A program made the translations under genes and the position numbers. A DNA stretch of 64,000 bases from the human T2T-CHM13v2.0 reference genome, Homo sapiens: the NCBI RefSeq assembly GCF_009914755.1, contig NC_060927.1; one strand, written 5' to 3'. The notes below the pieces were generated by a model. It did no database searches, was not told the origin of the DNA, and saw only the letters and a list, made by a program, of their open reading frames with translations. Below are positions 28,847-40,329 of this stretch, in pieces (position 1 is the stretch's first letter; the number at the start of each line of letters is the position of its first letter).

Positions 28847-29164
28847 CTGTCCAGGATCCCTTTTTCAGGAAAGAGAACTGTACTTTATAGTGACAAACCT
28901 ATTCTTTATACCTTGAGTGGAAATGGCTTGCCCTGTCCTGCTCCTCACACAGACATATGATAGCCAGAGTCCTCTATCTCCTAGCCACAGCAGCTTGTTC
29001 TAGGATGCTTGTGAGACTCGCATAGCACCAATCCAGGCGTTCCCTGACACTTGAAATTAGCATACTGGGAGTAACAGTTCTCTCCTTCTATGTAAGGTGT
29101 AAACACTATTTGGGCTTTGGGTAGACAGAGCCATTTTTCTGCCATGTGTAAAAAGTCTATCTGA

Positions 29165-29465
29165 GGCTGGGCATCGTGGCTCACACCTGTAACTCCAACA
29201 TTTTGGGGAGGCTGAGGCAAGAGGATCATTTGAGCCCAGGAGTTCAAGACTAGCCTGGCAACATGTAGAAATCCCATCTCTACAAAATAAATAAATAAAT
29301 AATTAGCCAGGTATGGTGATGCATGCCTGTGGTCTCAGCTACTTGGAAAGCAGATGTAGGAGATCTATTAAGCCTGGGTGGTGAAGGCTGCAATGAGCCA
29401 TGATCACACCACTGTACTCCAGCCTGGATGAGAGTGAGCACTTGTCTCAAAAAAGAAAAAAAAAA
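29165..29465 (+). mobile_element. AluJ
   Basis: Full dimer; TSD aaaaagtctatctga / aaaaagtctctctga. Confidence 0.95.
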
Positions 29466-30379
29466 GTCTCTCTGAGAATAAACCCCCAAAAGGGGGCCAA
29501 GAAAAGAAAGTAAAGGCAGGGCACTTTAGCCACAGGGACAAATTCCAAATGTATTGTTTGGGTCCCCATATTTAGTTGCTCCTGAAGCTTGTCTCCATCT
29601 GGACATCCTAGATATGTGAGTCTACAAATTCCCTCTTTATCTAAACTGGTTAGGTTTCTATGACCTGTAATGGAAAGAGACTCACAGAATTGCATAGGAG
29701 GTTTAATTAATTTTATATATTTCTTCTGACTCTATTTTCTTCCCATCTCTTTTTAGAGGATGCATGCTGATTAAATTCTCTAAATCTAATTGTTTAATCT
29801 CTGCTTTCTAACTACTAAAATATTCACAGAGTGGAAATGTTTAATTTTGTGAAGGTATGCCAAAAATGATCTACAAAAATGGCTTAAAATTGGAGGCTGA
29901 ATCTTATGCTAAAATGAATGGAAAAGAATAAAGAAACTGAGATGTGGTTTCTGCTGAACTGGTCTTTCATCAGTTCTATTCAATTTGCAATAGTGAAAAG
30001 TGGGGCTAGGAATTTACGTATGTTATGTTGAGTACGTACTCAGTTCAACTATGTCATGAAATTTACCTGTATCTTGTAGATATTGTTATCTTGATTTCAA
30101 AGATTGTTTTAAAAAATCAAATGGTTTTCACAGTTTCTTTCTTGCCCAAGGTCCAAGTCTTACCCTAGCTATTAGGTATAGAAATGGAAGATTAGACCCC
30201 AGCTGTCTGAGTTCTCAACGCTTCTCCACCATTCAGGATGTTATGCAATTAGGTTGGAGATTGACTCTGTTCCCAAAGAGAACATTTCCAACTTTAGTCA
30301 ACTGTCTTGAAGTTCATGGTTTGATCATTATTGTTTTGGAGGAAAACAAAGCCAATCACTTTCTAGGGGTACATTACTA

Positions 30380-30720
30380 TAAAGAGAGTATAAAATTTGA
30401 ATTTAGAGACACATAAATTCCAGCTTCATTTTCACTAAAGAGCTCTGTGATTCTGAAGCTTAACATTTCTAGACCTCAGTTTCCTCTTTGGTCAAACAAA
30501 GGGAATGAGGGCCGATCATCTCTCAAGTCTATTTCATCATTTCTCTCCTGGTAAGTGCTTCCCCAGAGCCCTGTATTTTTCCTGTAGGAGATCATATCGC
30601 CCTATGTTATGATTATATGCTAAATACAGTGACGTCTCGTTCAACTCAGTGTTTCCCAATAGTGAGTCCAGCGTCTGGCAGATAGATCATCAGTGAATAT
30701 TTGTTGAATAAATAAATGAG
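30380..30720 (+). mobile_element. MIR (MIR3-like) followed by L2 3' end
   Basis: agacctcagtttcctc...gatcatctctcaagtc; then gtctggcagatag...tgaatatttgttgaataaataaatg. Confidence 0.6.
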
Positions 30721-31559
30721 ACAATTAAGTCTATTTACTCTTGCGGACAAAATATTACTTTGTGTGTGTGTGTGTGTTGTATTTCTTTCACTGACCAAAG
30801 TAGTAAGCTTTGAAATTGAAGAAAATACCTAATATTCTAATTTTGCTGATGAGAAGTAAAAATAGGTTAATGATAGTTTTGAGTGCTTCAATGCTCAATA
30901 CATCAGTATGGATTTTACACAGGACATTTCTTTAACTAGAAGCCCAAGATAAGCAAGGACTTAATGTAAATTTTTAAAATAAGAGACGTATTTTAAAGTG
31001 TAAAATGGCCATTTTAGATAACCATTGTAATTCAAATTTTAAGGCTTGGTAACAGAGCCATCCTGGTGAACTTTCTATGTGAAAAAAGTTTCCTTAATCA
31101 GCTTTTCCTATATTATCTCATCTTGGGGAAAAAAAACAGTAGCTAAGCCAGAAACAAGCAGAATAACCAATTACTTTTTTTTTTTAATCTCTCCACTTGT
31201 GTTTGTGAAGTAGAAGTGAGCTATGTGGTTTTTTGTCTTTGTTTAGACATTGGACAATAAAAATCATAAGAACATATATTTTTGACACACTATTTTTTGG
31301 TGTTCTTTGGAAGTTGGACCCTAACTAAAAAATATGTGTTTCCTAGCCCTTCTTACTGTGAAAATCCTTGGCAATATAAACAGATGCACTGGTTGGCTTT
31401 TAATTCTGACACCAGACTGTCTGAAATAATAGCTCTAAGAAAGTGTGAATTCTTTCATTCCTTCAGCGTCAATTATAAGTACTTAATTTGTTTATCTTTC
31501 TATTGCTGACTATAGTACCAATCTGGTTTATTTTTCACCTGGCTAAACATGGTGCATTT

Positions 31560-32000
31560 CAGAAACCCCTAGTTTATTCTGCACGAGAAGACAGAAGCAA
31601 GCCACAAGTCTGAGTTATTTTCATACACCGGGGCACATCACTGTAATTTAATAATTAAGATATTAAGTGGTGTTCTGAAAAATTCAGTAATATAGGCCCA
31701 TAAGATGACAGAATTAGGGTACTTGATAAGCAGTATGAAAACACTGAATATTTCTTATAAAAGTTGATTCATCATTTGATAAATGAGCCAAGTTAATAGC
31801 TTACTAGCTCATCTTGGCCTTTCACAGTCAAGGATATTCATTTTTTCGTGTCCACCCATTTTTACACCTTGTAACCAATTTACTGTCACAGTGTTTTTAG
31901 CCTGTGATGTGACTGCGGTGACACTGACTTCTGTGACTTCTGTTCATGGATGGAGTACCATAAATGACATACGGGCCGATAAATTTATCAGTTCCTGGGA
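31560..32000. promoter_or_regulatory. Candidate developmental enhancer (HOX/PBX/MEIS motif cluster)
   Basis: TGACAG 31706, TGATAAAT 31777, CTGTCA 31883, CCATAAA 31958, multiple TAAT; repeat-free. Confidence 0.4.
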
Positions 32001-32349
32001 GTTGAGATATTTTGGAAGAATTGCTAGAACGGATCCTCATAAATATTGTCATATTTCTACTTTAAAACTCCACTCTTTAGAGGTGTGTCTTTATATACTG
32101 GAGGCAAACATAAAATCAAAAGGCAAATTATTGCTGGAACTCATGATAAACATGATGAAGAATGTGCTATGCTTCTCCAATTGTTTTCTTTCAAAGTCTG
32201 TCTTTGTATATGCATTCATATTTTGAGATGTTTTCACCAGTCATTTTGGTGACTAACACTAAAAAAGTTTATATCTCATTTGTAAATATGATGAAAAGAA
32301 TTATTAGGGCTAAAATGTAATGGGAGGTATGGTAGGAATTGTTAAGCCC

Positions 32350-32765
32350 TTTATTTTTATTATCACACTTGAATCCTCATAACATTGCTAAAGGTATTCT
32401 TGTTAGTATTTTTCTCATTTTAGAGGTAAGGAAGTTGAAATTTAATGATACTAAGTACCTGACCCAAGTTCACAGACTCAGAAAGTGGTGGAAGCAAATA
32501 CTTTAACCAAATAGGGCCAGAGTGTTCAATCATGTCCTGCTGTTCCTAAACATTGCGGCTACTAAGGCGTCTAATGTCTCACACACATGAGTCCATTTAA
32601 TCCTTCCTAAAAACCATTAATGTTGAAAATATTATACCTATTTTACAAATGGAGAAACTGAAACTCTGATGAAGTGATTTGCTCAAGCTCACACAGTGTG
32701 TAAGTAGTAGAGATGGGCTTAGAACGAAGGTTTGCCTGAGTCCAATAACCTGTGCTCAAAAGTTT
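32350..32765 (-). mobile_element. Two tandem MIR SINEs
   Basis: aatcctcataac...ttttagaggtaaggaag...; catttaatcct...ttttacaaatggagaaactga...aagtgatttgctcaag...aagtagtagagatggg. Confidence 0.8.
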
Positions 32766-32820
32766 CATTCTAAACTGTATAATAACATTTGTTTAGGCCC
32801 TTAGAGTTTATTATCTAATC

Positions 32821-32834
32821 CTAGTAGGTGGCAC
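32821..32834 (+). promoter_or_regulatory. CTCF-like motif
   Basis: ctagtaggtggcac matches CCASYAGRKGGCRS at 13/14. Confidence 0.45.
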
Positions 32835-32890
32835 CAACACAGTTCTTCTGTGTGCAACGGCTGACTACACTATCTTTGATGCCAGAAAGA

Positions 32891-33559
32891 CTAGAGACAA
32901 TTTCCTCGTAAGGGTAAGGGCCAATGATGTGTACTGCTATTGTGACATATGTATAATAGGGATGAAAAGGAGTCTTGGAGGATATGTATTTCTACTGGTA
33001 AAAGCAGAGGCTGGGGATTGGGCTTCTGGAGTATCTTTCCAACCTTTTTTATATGACACATCATTTCATTCATATGCCTCCAATTAATCTCCCCTAAAAT
33101 CAAGTTGGCTCTGATAACATCTCTTTGGAAATGGTGGGAAAAACACATAGTGACATCCTCTTGATCTTTTTGCAAAAACACAGCTATGATTTTGTCAGTT
33201 TTTAAACTTTTTTCCCATTTGTGGAAAATTTCTTTTTGTAGAATTAGATAATTATAATTGAGAATATGAAATCTCAGTGGCCCATAGGTCCCATGACCAT
33301 CCTTTGGGGCAGTTACTTGGACAAGCATGATAGCTTCTAAGTTGTTTCCTGTTGTTCTTGGCCTCATTGCAATCCTTTCCAAAACTTCCCTCCTTCTCTG
33401 CTGCATTAGTAATGCAAAATGAAATTCATTGTGCCCATTATATCTGTTAAATGGTTTCCATTTTAACTTGAGAAAAATGTATTGACGTTCATGTGTTTGG
33501 CATGAAAAATGTGTATATCTATCGAAGATAGCAACTTGTCTGGTGGAATTACAGTGCAT
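32891..33559 (-). CDS. Hypothetical 222-aa ORF in unique sequence (coding status unproven)
   Basis: ATG at 33559 with A at -3; frame stop-free from 33613; AATAAA on minus strand at 32807-32812; no recognisable domain or repeat. Confidence 0.2.
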   Translation of the reverse strand: MHCNSTRQVAIFDRYTHFSCQTHERQYIFLKLKWKPFNRYNGHNEFHFALLMQQRRREVLERIAMRPRTTGNNLEAIMLVQVTAPKDGHGTYGPLRFHILNYNYLILQKEIFHKWEKSLKTDKIIAVFLQKDQEDVTMCFSHHFQRDVIRANLILGEINWRHMNEMMCHIKKVGKILQKPNPQPLLLPVEIHILQDSFSSLLYICHNSSTHHWPLPLRGNCL

Positions 33560-34376
33560 TATGTATAATGCTGCTTTTAGCTGTGCATGTACATTTCCTG
33601 GAATCTTATTGTGTCAGAGCTTGGAAAGTTTACACAAGCATTGGTAATCTAATTTTTGTCTGGTGGGTGGCTGTGGAAATATGGAGTATTTGAAAAAGCA
33701 AATGTCTTGGCCATCTGTGCCAGGGAGGGGTTTGGTGGCAGGGGTGTCTAGGCAGGTGGGTAAAAAACAACCATCAAAAAAAGACTTTAAAAAAATTGCC
33801 CCAGGCCTAACCTAAATACTAATTTCCCAAGAGCAGAACGATATAACCGTTTTGTGACATGGGTTTTTAGCATATTTCTGGTTATTCTTTTTAGGAGTTC
33901 TAATTGTAAGGTGGAGGAATCTGTTTTATCTTTCTCCTGCCTCTTAATGATAATCCTTCTCTAGACTATATTGTTTCCTGTGCCTTTTGTCTTCTGCAGA
34001 CAAGAGTCTTTGGCTCATGAACATCTTGTTAAGGTCTGTTGAGGATTGGGGGCTGTGACACAATTTTCTTGCTGAGTCTTTTTATTGGGGATTTTTCAGC
34101 TGGTTTGTCTTGGAGGCCTTTGAAATGTCTTCTATCAAGCAATAATTTTCATTTTTCTTTGTTTTCCTTAAAATTGGGGTTGTATTTGGCTCAACTGTTC
34201 CTGGGGTCTAGGTAATGAATTGTATTATTTAATAGGCCAGTGTGAAATTCTGTGTGCAGCAGCTGCACTGCTCTCTTTCTTTCAGAGTTGCTTAAATCCT
34301 ACTCACTGCACTGCTGCTGAATGTGATGTAGTTTTCGTTTTTTGGCTTTAAGTGTATTTCAGCCACACATCTAAAG

Positions 34377-34575
34377 CAAGATTTCTTAATTTCTGCACTA
34401 TCGTCATTTTGGACTGGAGAATTCTTTGTCGTGGGGGTGCTGTGCTATGCATTCTGGGTTGGGTGGCAGCGTCCCTAGCCTCTACCCACTCGATGCCAGC
34501 AGCACCTTCTCCAACGTCTCCAGGTATTCCTAACGTCCCCTGGGGAGTGAAATCACCCTCAGTTGGGCATCACTG
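34377..34575 (-). mobile_element. MER20 with intact 8-bp TSD
   Basis: Reverse MER20 flanked by atctaaag at 34369-34376 and 34576-34583. Confidence 0.92.
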
Positions 34576-35199
34576 ATCTAAAGCAAGATTGAAAGACAAG
34601 GCTGGCATGATGTAAAGGAATTTCCATAAAAAGCACTGAACTCAAGCAATGCAATGACAATTCTGAGAGAGCTTTGTGTCTAGGAGGATATGTGGAGGAA
34701 TTGTATCACACATCCCTGGAGAAAATACTGTAATAATTGTCTATAGTTTCCTAGAGTAAGTAACAGAGGAGGTAAGGGTCACCTTTTAACTGCTTTGCTT
34801 CTGATCTGCTAATTATCTCCTCACCCTGTGATGCCTTTCATCTCCCCTCTACGCAACTTGACTCACATATGGAAGATTCTAATTCTTCACAGATTTTCCA
34901 CCGTAACTACTTTCCTAGCCTAACCTCCCTGCTCTTCGGTTTCCCCCACTGGTTTTCTTTGGCTCAAATGGGAACAAGGTGCCCATTATTTCTTTAATCC
35001 ACTTCACCACCTAATAATTGCTGAGGACCAATTTTAACAAGATGCTTCCTTACTCTGTAATGCACTCCAGTAAGGAACTAATGTTTACCGTGATGAGTAT
35101 TCTCTGTTCTAACTGAAAAGCTGAAATGCTGCCGACCACTGCAGTGTAGACTTTTTCATGTTTAACATTTTCTCAATGCCTCTTTGAGTGAGTTACATC

Positions 35200-35580
35200 T
35201 ATTATATTTAATGGCAGTCTTATGGGCCTGTCAAAAGGGCATTCTATTTGCTACTGAAATATCAATTAAAATAACATGTAAAGGAACGGAGTAATCAAGT
35301 GCATCTGATGATAATATCAAGATTATTTTTAATTTTTTAATGCTGTGAAAGCTGTGAGTAGGCTAACAAATCTATTTGATCAATATATGGGATGTAAAAA
35401 GAAGAAGAGACAAGATTGACTGGTGAATAAAATGAAACTGACACAAACAGGCTGACAGCCAGCTGTAAGTCTCTTTAGGGCAAATGCAATTAACTTAGAA
35501 TAATAGACTCAAATTTGATGGTTAGAAATGCATTTTTATTAACAATCACAGGCTGAATCATTATGCTCTTATGAATAAAA
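35200..35580. promoter_or_regulatory. Candidate conserved enhancer
   Basis: TTAATGG, TTATGG, CTGTCA 35228, TGACAG 35453, CAATTAA x2, AACAAT 35541; repeat-free. Confidence 0.35.
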
Positions 35581-36506
35581 TGGTACTTATATTTTGTGCA
35601 TGTGTGTGCACACATATATAAATACATACACATACGTCTCTATGTATATATCCATGCCTCTCACATTCCTATGTGCTCTGCTTACAATTTGGGTGGAAAA
35701 GTTGATTTTTAGAATAATGTACTTTAAAAAGGAAATTCATTCATAAATAGTCTTCAGGACTATAAATTCTGAATATTCCCCCAAATTATATATATAAAAA
35801 TCATACTACTTATCTGGTGCTATTAGACATAAAGCCAGTGAGCCCTGGTCCCAGAACTGCTGGTCCTTAGGGGATTTGGAATTGCAATCAGGGATTTACA
35901 GATTTCATTTTGAAGAGGAGAAGTCATTACTAGAAACCTAAGCTCATTTCCTCTCCTTTAATAGCTATTTTAAATCATTCATTTAGAAAATACATTAACT
36001 ATTTAGGGTGCTTGCAATGCATTTCTCTTGGCGTTAAGTCTGCATTTTTAAAAGAGTTTTTTTCTAAAATTATTTCAAAAGAAGATGAGAATTAGAAAAA
36101 AACCAAATGAAATTTTGGTGATATAAAATTACTTTTGGATAACATTTTCCTCTCTCATTGCCTAAGAGAAAACAACTTAAAGCTTTAACAAAATATTAGA
36201 ATATTAACACACTCTTAATGTTTTAATGCTAGTATAGATTTAAAAAGTACATGATTCTTGGAAAATCACAAACTTGACTTTGAATATGATTAAGAAATAG
36301 CATATGGTCGATGGCCTCTTTAAATGACTTTGTTAATAACTTAAATAGAAAGCAGTTTTAATTCTGTACTACTTACTTAATATTGATGCCAACCTTAACT
36401 AGTAACTGGGTAATAAAGGGAAACGAGATTATAGTAAAAAATAAGTAACTTTAATTTCTACAAAGAAATCAGAATATGGATTCTTGCATAACGTTTTTGC
36501 AAACTG

Positions 36507-36509
<3 letters not shown>

Positions 36510-36553
<44 letters not shown>
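36510..36553. repeat. (TA)22 microsatellite
   Basis: Uninterrupted TA run. Confidence 0.98.
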
Positions 36554-36558
<5 letters not shown>

Positions 36559-36846
36559 TCAAATGCAAAATAAAGCTCCCTGAGTTATGTAATTGCTATT
36601 CTTCAAAAGGACATCATGAAGGTTGACAATTTAAAATGTGCTCTTCCTGTCACCATCCAATTTTTTTGAATGTCTACTGATGGTGTTAAAAACAATCTCC
36701 GCAGAAGAGGGCTGCCATTGCCAATTTAGGACACTGGCTTTGTTATTAGCATAGGCATATTAGATCATCCTCTTGCTCTTCCTGCCTGCTTTGTTCTTTT
36801 GATATGGTAGGGAACTGAAATTGACAACAGCCTACATTTATATAAC

Positions 36847-37006
36847 AATAACTTGCATTGTTAAATATATATATGTAGATAGACAGATAGAGAGTTCTTT
36901 TATTCCCAAAAGATATCAAAGTTCACTACACACCATAAAAAAAAACCCCACAGATATATGCAGATGCTTCTGGGATGAACCGTAGCAACTATTTAAAAGC
37001 ATAAAG
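36847..37006 (-). mobile_element. Probable AmnSINE1 (Deu-SINE) 3'-tail relic
   Basis: tctgggatgaaccgtagcaactatttaaaagc resembles recalled TCTGGGGTGGAACGCGGCAGCTGTTTAACAGC (24/32); upstream ttcccaaaagatatcaaag in expected order. Confidence 0.5.
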
Positions 37007-37332
37007 TATTGACAGCCGTAAGATTCTTGGAATAGTACATCACCATTTTTAATTTTTGATATTTTTATCTCCTTAGAAAATTTCTGTTTTGTTCACCAGG
37101 AGGAAAGGATAAAGGTCACACTTTGTTACTTGAGCAACATGTCAGAAACAGTTTGAACGTAAGCTGGAAAGAAACTGTCTAAGTCTAAATGCTTGAACAA
37201 CACTGCTGTTGTAAACACAAGACCAAGTAGGCTGCTTGGTATCTCATCATTGTTCAATCCACTGGTCCACTGAAACAACATAGAGTGAACTCAAAGTGGG
37301 GAGTTTGATCATTGGATGGGCATCACTATACA

Positions 37333-37565
37333 TAGGGCTATCAGACTTATCAAACAGAAACACGAGATGCACAATTTAATTTGAATTTCAGTTAAATAAT
37401 GAATCAGTTGTTAGTATAAGGATGTTCCATGAAATACGAGGAACATACTTGATAACTGAAACGTATTTAAGGGGTTGTTGACAACAACCTACATTTATAT
37501 AGCAATACGTGGGACACAATACTAAAAAAAATTATGGGCACTCTATATTTAATCTGGCAATCCAA
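37333..37565. mobile_element. MER53 palindromic hAT MITE with internal insertion
   Basis: tagggctatcaga...aatttgaatttcag...ttagtataag...gggacac...atactaaaaaa...aatctggcaatcc. Confidence 0.85.
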
Positions 37566-38904
37566 ACTACGAAAGCAAGGCTTTGTGTATTCTTTATAAA
37601 GTAGACTATCATTGGTATAAAAAACATTTTTAGAGGGAAAAAAACCCAATAGACCTTTATTTTTTGTCACCCTTAAAACAACCCTACCATCTTAAATATT
37701 TGTAAATATGTTTTCTTCTTCACAAAATAGAAATAATATTATATTTAGACATGACTCTTTTTTCAATAATTCGTAATTATAGGTTCTGGATGGAATATTC
37801 ATGAACAATACAAGGCTCAGGGCATATCATAATAATCAGTGAGTGGTCGCCTATCTGTTTCCATGACTACCACGAAGGATAGTTATTTTTTTTTCTTTAG
37901 TTTATTTTCCTGAATGCCAATCATAGTACCAAGCGCACGGTAGAAGATCAATTCATGTTGCTTGAATGAATTTATTCTTGGCCATTGGATTGATTTTTCT
38001 CCTTTTTTCTAACTTTGGATGACTTCCCTGTGTTTTCAGACATAATGGTAGTTTTACCTCCATGGTTTTATTTCCATTTTGAGATATTCTTCAGCAGATG
38101 CAAGGTGAAATTTGACACCTTCCTATCAGTAAGTTATAGGCTGTGTTTCTCTGGCAGTATTTCTTACAAGGATGAAAACAGAGGAGTTCTGAATGGTTAA
38201 TGCGGAGAGAGTTAGTGAATAATTTTTTTAAAGCCCACCAGGAAGGTTGTATAACAGAAAGTTAACTGTGCTCTTGAGCACTTCATATGTATTCTTTATC
38301 ATATAATATATATTATCTATTATATGAATTAGTTGAAAATTTTCTAGAGGAGTTTAAACATATAGGATTTTTCTATATTATACCAATTTTTTGATCACAT
38401 ATCAATGCCACAACTCAATTCTATTAGAATTTTAATATATAACATTATATCTCTTTTAATCTTCAGAATTTATGACTCTAATAGCACAAGGTAACTATTT
38501 TTATCCCAATCATCATTATCATTGGTTTTGTTTCTACTGTATACATGCTATGAGCATTTGCCAATGCAATATAAAGCAAGTGGGACCAAGGTAAAAAAAG
38601 AGAGTGAGACAGAGCCTAAAGGAAGATTCAAGGTTTCAAACACACAAAATAGGGTTATGGTCATTAAAAAAAATAGATATAAAAATATTCATGAAGCACT
38701 AAAATAATATCATAAGTTATTTTTTATAAGTTTCTGTTTTCTGTAGTAAAGAGATGTGTATTCTTTTAGATGAGATCAATCATTACATTCACAAATAAAG
38801 TAGAATTTAATGCTACAATGATCAAAATAAAAGTCTAAACAGGTCAATTCGATCCATCTTTGTAGTATTTGAAGGGTAGGAAGGAGAATGGTAAAGGAGA
38901 TAGG

Positions 38905-39600
38905 CTAACATTTATTGAGTATGTATTAAATTCAGACACTGTGCTAGACAATGAGAGTAATGAACCATATTATTCTCTGTCCTGAAGTCTCTGACTCACA
39001 GTCTAATAGGACAGAAACATGAGTAAGTAAATAATTGCAAAGCATTGTAGTTATGTGCTATAAAAACATAGTATATTGTATAGATATGATCTTACGTAGA
39101 ATATTATCAACTTTCTAAATAGATTGCAGGAATGTCTTCACTGGAGAAATAATGTTCCACCTCTGAAGGAGTTTATAAATGGAGAAAAAATTTTGAAAAG
39201 CATGTTATATTGAGAGCAAAATTGCCAAAAAGTGTTGGGTTATGAAGCAGAATTAGAAGCACACTGGTTTGAACTGGAGTGTAGGGTTCAGGGTAGAAAG
39301 AATGCCAGGAAATGGAACTTGAAAAGTAGGCATAGCTCAGAACTTGGAGGCTCATATATTAAACAAAGGAGAATTTAAAACAGGGAAAATACATAGTCAA
39401 ATTTAGAAAGAGAATGTTGGCAGCAGATTGGAAGGGACAAGATTGGATTAGAAGAGCAATATTTAGGCTTTTACAATCAACAGTAAAGACAGGAGTTAAT
39501 TAAAGCTTAAACAAGATGTTAATTTGCCATTGGAAATGGACAGAATAACCAGATTCAAGAGTTAGTGAACAAAAGAACTCAACAGCTCAACATATTGGAA
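38905..39600 (-). mobile_element. L2 fragment
   Basis: aacatttattgagta...cagacactgtgctagac...ctcacagtctaat...atagtcaaattt...ttggcagcag. Confidence 0.75.
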
Positions 39601-39739
39601 AATGGTGATTAACCTGGTTAATATAAAACAAGATAGTATTGAGTAGGCTACCATGTGTGATATGTTTGCCAGTGGTGGCCTACATGACTCAATTGAAAGG
39701 AAATCAATTGAAAGGACTCACTGGATGGTAAATCTACTT

Positions 39740-39940
39740 ACCAGGAAATGGGCTAAGAAGCTTTAAGACATTATTCCAATTGACAACTTCACTGTCATTT
39801 TATTTCCTAGGGAGTTCTATCCCATTCGGCTAAAGAATTGGAAGCTCAGAGATATTATCGTAAGTTCACAGTGCTAGGAAATGAGGAAGTGGAGGTCCCT
39901 ACTCAAGTCCTTCTAACCACAAAGTCCCTGATCTTTTCTT
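39740..39940 (-). mobile_element. MIR SINE
   Basis: gctaagaagcttta...gaagctcagaga...aagttcacagtgctaggaaatg. Confidence 0.6.
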
Positions 39941-40329
39941 TAAGGTGTGCTTCCTGAGGTTGACTTCAGATCGATGTGGATGTACACTTGGACCAAGTTC
40001 TACATTAGGAACACTTTAAGTGATTGATCTAGAGGTATGAAGTGAATCAAGAGCTTTGTGTCCTTAATATTTACTAACCGGTTTGAAGGGACAGAACTGG
40101 ATTCATTCATTCATTCACAATTTATGTAGTGCCTTCTTTCTGATGGAAGTTATAATTTGAATTTGGAGCTACCTCAGGCTTCAGTGTCTAAGGGGGGGAT
40201 CTATCATATTGTGCAAATATGAGCATTGATTGGAATGCAATTTAGGAGACAACTAACAGATACTACCATTGCTGTGACCTCTGCATCATAAGAAAAATAA
40301 ATAAGCAGGATACAATTTCAATTTTTCCC

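Noticed and set aside
28800-28925. ttgagtgg on both sides of poly(T) as a TSD
   Set aside because: Only 8 bp and not contiguous with the tail.
31783-32226. 147-aa ATG ORF
   Set aside because: Length within chance expectation for 64 kb, no recognisable domain; better explained as overlap with a regulatory block.
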